The notes beneath the pieces are model-generated. The model saw only the letters and a list, made by a program, of their open reading frames with translations, did not search any database and was not told the DNA's origin. A stretch of 46,357 nucleotides of DNA, taken from the NCBI GenBank assembly GCA_030429935.1, contig JAUIGH010000001.1, positions 1 to 46,357 on the forward strand, written 5' to 3'. Shown here piece after piece: positions 44,853 to 46,357 of this stretch. The DNA is from a bacterium (GTDB lineage: Bacteria > Patescibacteriota > Saccharimonadia > Saccharimonadales > Saccharimonadaceae). Both the position numbers and the translations under genes were made by a program. The number at the start of each line of letters is the position of its first letter. Position 1 is the stretch's first letter.

Positions 44853-45629
44853 ATGGAAAGGAAATCACTACCGAGAGGTAGTTTGGTCATCACGGCCATC
44901 GCTGCCGCCATCTTGTGCGTACTAGCGCTGGTAGTCATGCCTGATGCGACCCGATTGTGGGCCGTGTCAGAGTTGGGAGTTCTCACTGCTAATCGGCTTA
45001 GGGCGTTCTATTACGTTCTAGGTTGCGTGTTCGGTCTTTTGGGCGTCGCATCCGGTTTCTTGCTGGTCAAACAGCATATCACCGATCGACGCAACGAAGC
45101 GGCTGAACGACGAGAGCGTGAGAACCCGTACAGGTTACCTGCCCGGACAGAGACAGATCCGCACATCATCCGAGACGGCTTGACGAGGGTTGCTGATAGG
45201 CATCCTGATGCACAAGACAGCATCGATCAGGTGCACGAGATGCTCGATTCCACAGATAGAGATCTCGCATCTATCGAGCAAATTTTTGCGGTAAACGTCG
45301 GAGTAGTAACCGATGGTGATCCGATGTTTAAGTTCGCGGTATACGAAGAGCTCGTGACGCGAATTCAACAGGGCATGTATGCAGAGCTTGTGACCGTCAT
45401 CTACGCTGGTCACACTGCAAACTCTGCAGATTATGTCCTTGATGCCGTCTCGGAATATACACAGCGCAACCAGCATCAGGCGGAAGCTATCCATACGCTG
45501 GCGCTAGAGACTGCTCGGCTCGTGCCGCAAGTCAAGGACGACAAGCAGCTGCAACAGCAAGCGAGCAAGCAACTCAAGCAACTCCTGCAAAACCTGTCGA
45601 GCAACAACCCCCGAAAGGAATCAGCATGA
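44853..45629 (+). CDS. Hypothetical protein with two N-terminal TM helices
   Basis: GAGGAGG RBS before the ATG at 44853; overlaps the next gene by 4 nt. Confidence 0.75.
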   Translation: MERKSLPRGSLVITAIAAAILCVLALVVMPDATRLWAVSELGVLTANRLRAFYYVLGCVFGLLGVASGFLLVKQHITDRRNEAAERRERENPYRLPARTETDPHIIRDGLTRVADRHPDAQDSIDQVHEMLDSTDRDLASIEQIFAVNVGVVTDGDPMFKFAVYEELVTRIQQGMYAELVTVIYAGHTANSADYVLDAVSEYTQRNQHQAEAIHTLALETARLVPQVKDDKQLQQQASKQLKQLLQNLSSNNPRKESA

Positions 45630-46333
45630 AACGCATTTCGGCAATCAGCAGTCTACTGACACTGTCGGTATTGGCTGCTTGTAGTTCGGCGGTCAGTGAC
45701 CCGGCAGAGGTCCTGACCTATGATGAAGCTGTCGAGCAGGTCAACGCCTATGTCGAGTCCGACAAGGTTGAATACACGAGGATGGCGCACGAGCCCGACA
45801 ACAGTTGGGTTGGTGTCGACACGTCTGTGACTGATCTGCCAGACATCGAGAACTATCCGCTCAGTGTCGAAGGCCGTGGCGACATCGTCGTCACGATCGC
45901 CTCGTCGACTGAAAAGTCACATGTGAACGGTGATCGTTGGTTCGATCGGATGGCCGAGGAGTTCAACGACTCTGGAGTCACGATCGATGGGCGCAGCGTT
46001 GCGGTATCCATCCAGCCGATGGCATCTGGGGTGGCGCACGAGTACATCACGTCGGGAGCGTACATTCCTGATGCTGTCAGTCCGTCCAACGAACTGTGGC
46101 TGCCTCTCATCGAGGCATCCGGCGTGGAGACTCTCATGATTCAGGATCGACTGGCAGGTAACACTGCCGGCATTCTGATGTCCGATGAAGTTCACGCTCA
46201 GTTCGTCGAGAGCTACGGAGCGGTCACCGTCGAGTCAGCTATTGACGCCGTCATGGCCGGTGATTTGACGCCGGTGACCGAAGCGCTGATCGAATACGAC
46301 CGTGATCAACTCCGCGGAGACATGATTGATTAA
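45626..46333 (+). CDS. Lipoprotein resembling the N-terminal part of a solute-binding (vWA-associated) protein, possibly truncated
   Basis: AAAGGA RBS; lipobox [23 protein letters not shown] and RLAGNTAGI. Confidence 0.6.
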   Translation: MKRISAISSLLTLSVLAACSSAVSDPAEVLTYDEAVEQVNAYVESDKVEYTRMAHEPDNSWVGVDTSVTDLPDIENYPLSVEGRGDIVVTIASSTEKSHVNGDRWFDRMAEEFNDSGVTIDGRSVAVSIQPMASGVAHEYITSGAYIPDAVSPSNELWLPLIEASGVETLMIQDRLAGNTAGILMSDEVHAQFVESYGAVTVESAIDAVMAGDLTPVTEALIEYDRDQLRGDMID

Positions 46334-46357
46334 ATGGCTGATACACAAACGTCCGAT

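Overview
The gene content and order (end of the atp operon, then the dnaX-dnaB-GT-C-ybaB-recR-DHH-cysS block) and the many apparently leaderless genes suggest a Saccharibacteria-like (Patescibacteria/CPR) chromosome. This taxonomy is my inference and was not checked against a database. Three features stand out. (1) About 0.9 kb between the dus and UvrD-nuclease genes (about 5701-6630, minus strand) has no credible protein gene but is packed with hairpins. It has its own promoter and terminator and contains a tRNA-like cloverleaf with the rare ACC anticodon, so it is a candidate large structured ncRNA (GOLLD-like or new). (2) A roughly 240-300 bp structured element occurs twice, once in-frame inside the UvrD helicase-nuclease gene (about 8104-8401) and once free between genes (about 36250-36510), with compensatory base changes between the copies. 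(3) A roughly 17 kb island at the tRNA-Gln 3' end carries a non-ribosomal peptide synthetase cluster (A-T-C-A-T-E plus C-T-C, PPTase, FAD oxidoreductase, GNAT, HDAC-family deacetylase), a decayed diaminobutyrate aminotransferase and a decapitated large serine recombinase. Such a cluster is unexpected in a lineage known for minimal biosynthesis. An unannotated 58-aa LPXTG micro-protein also heads a polysaccharide deacetylase/GT2 operon. All calls come from reading motifs by eye; no searches or folding programs were run.
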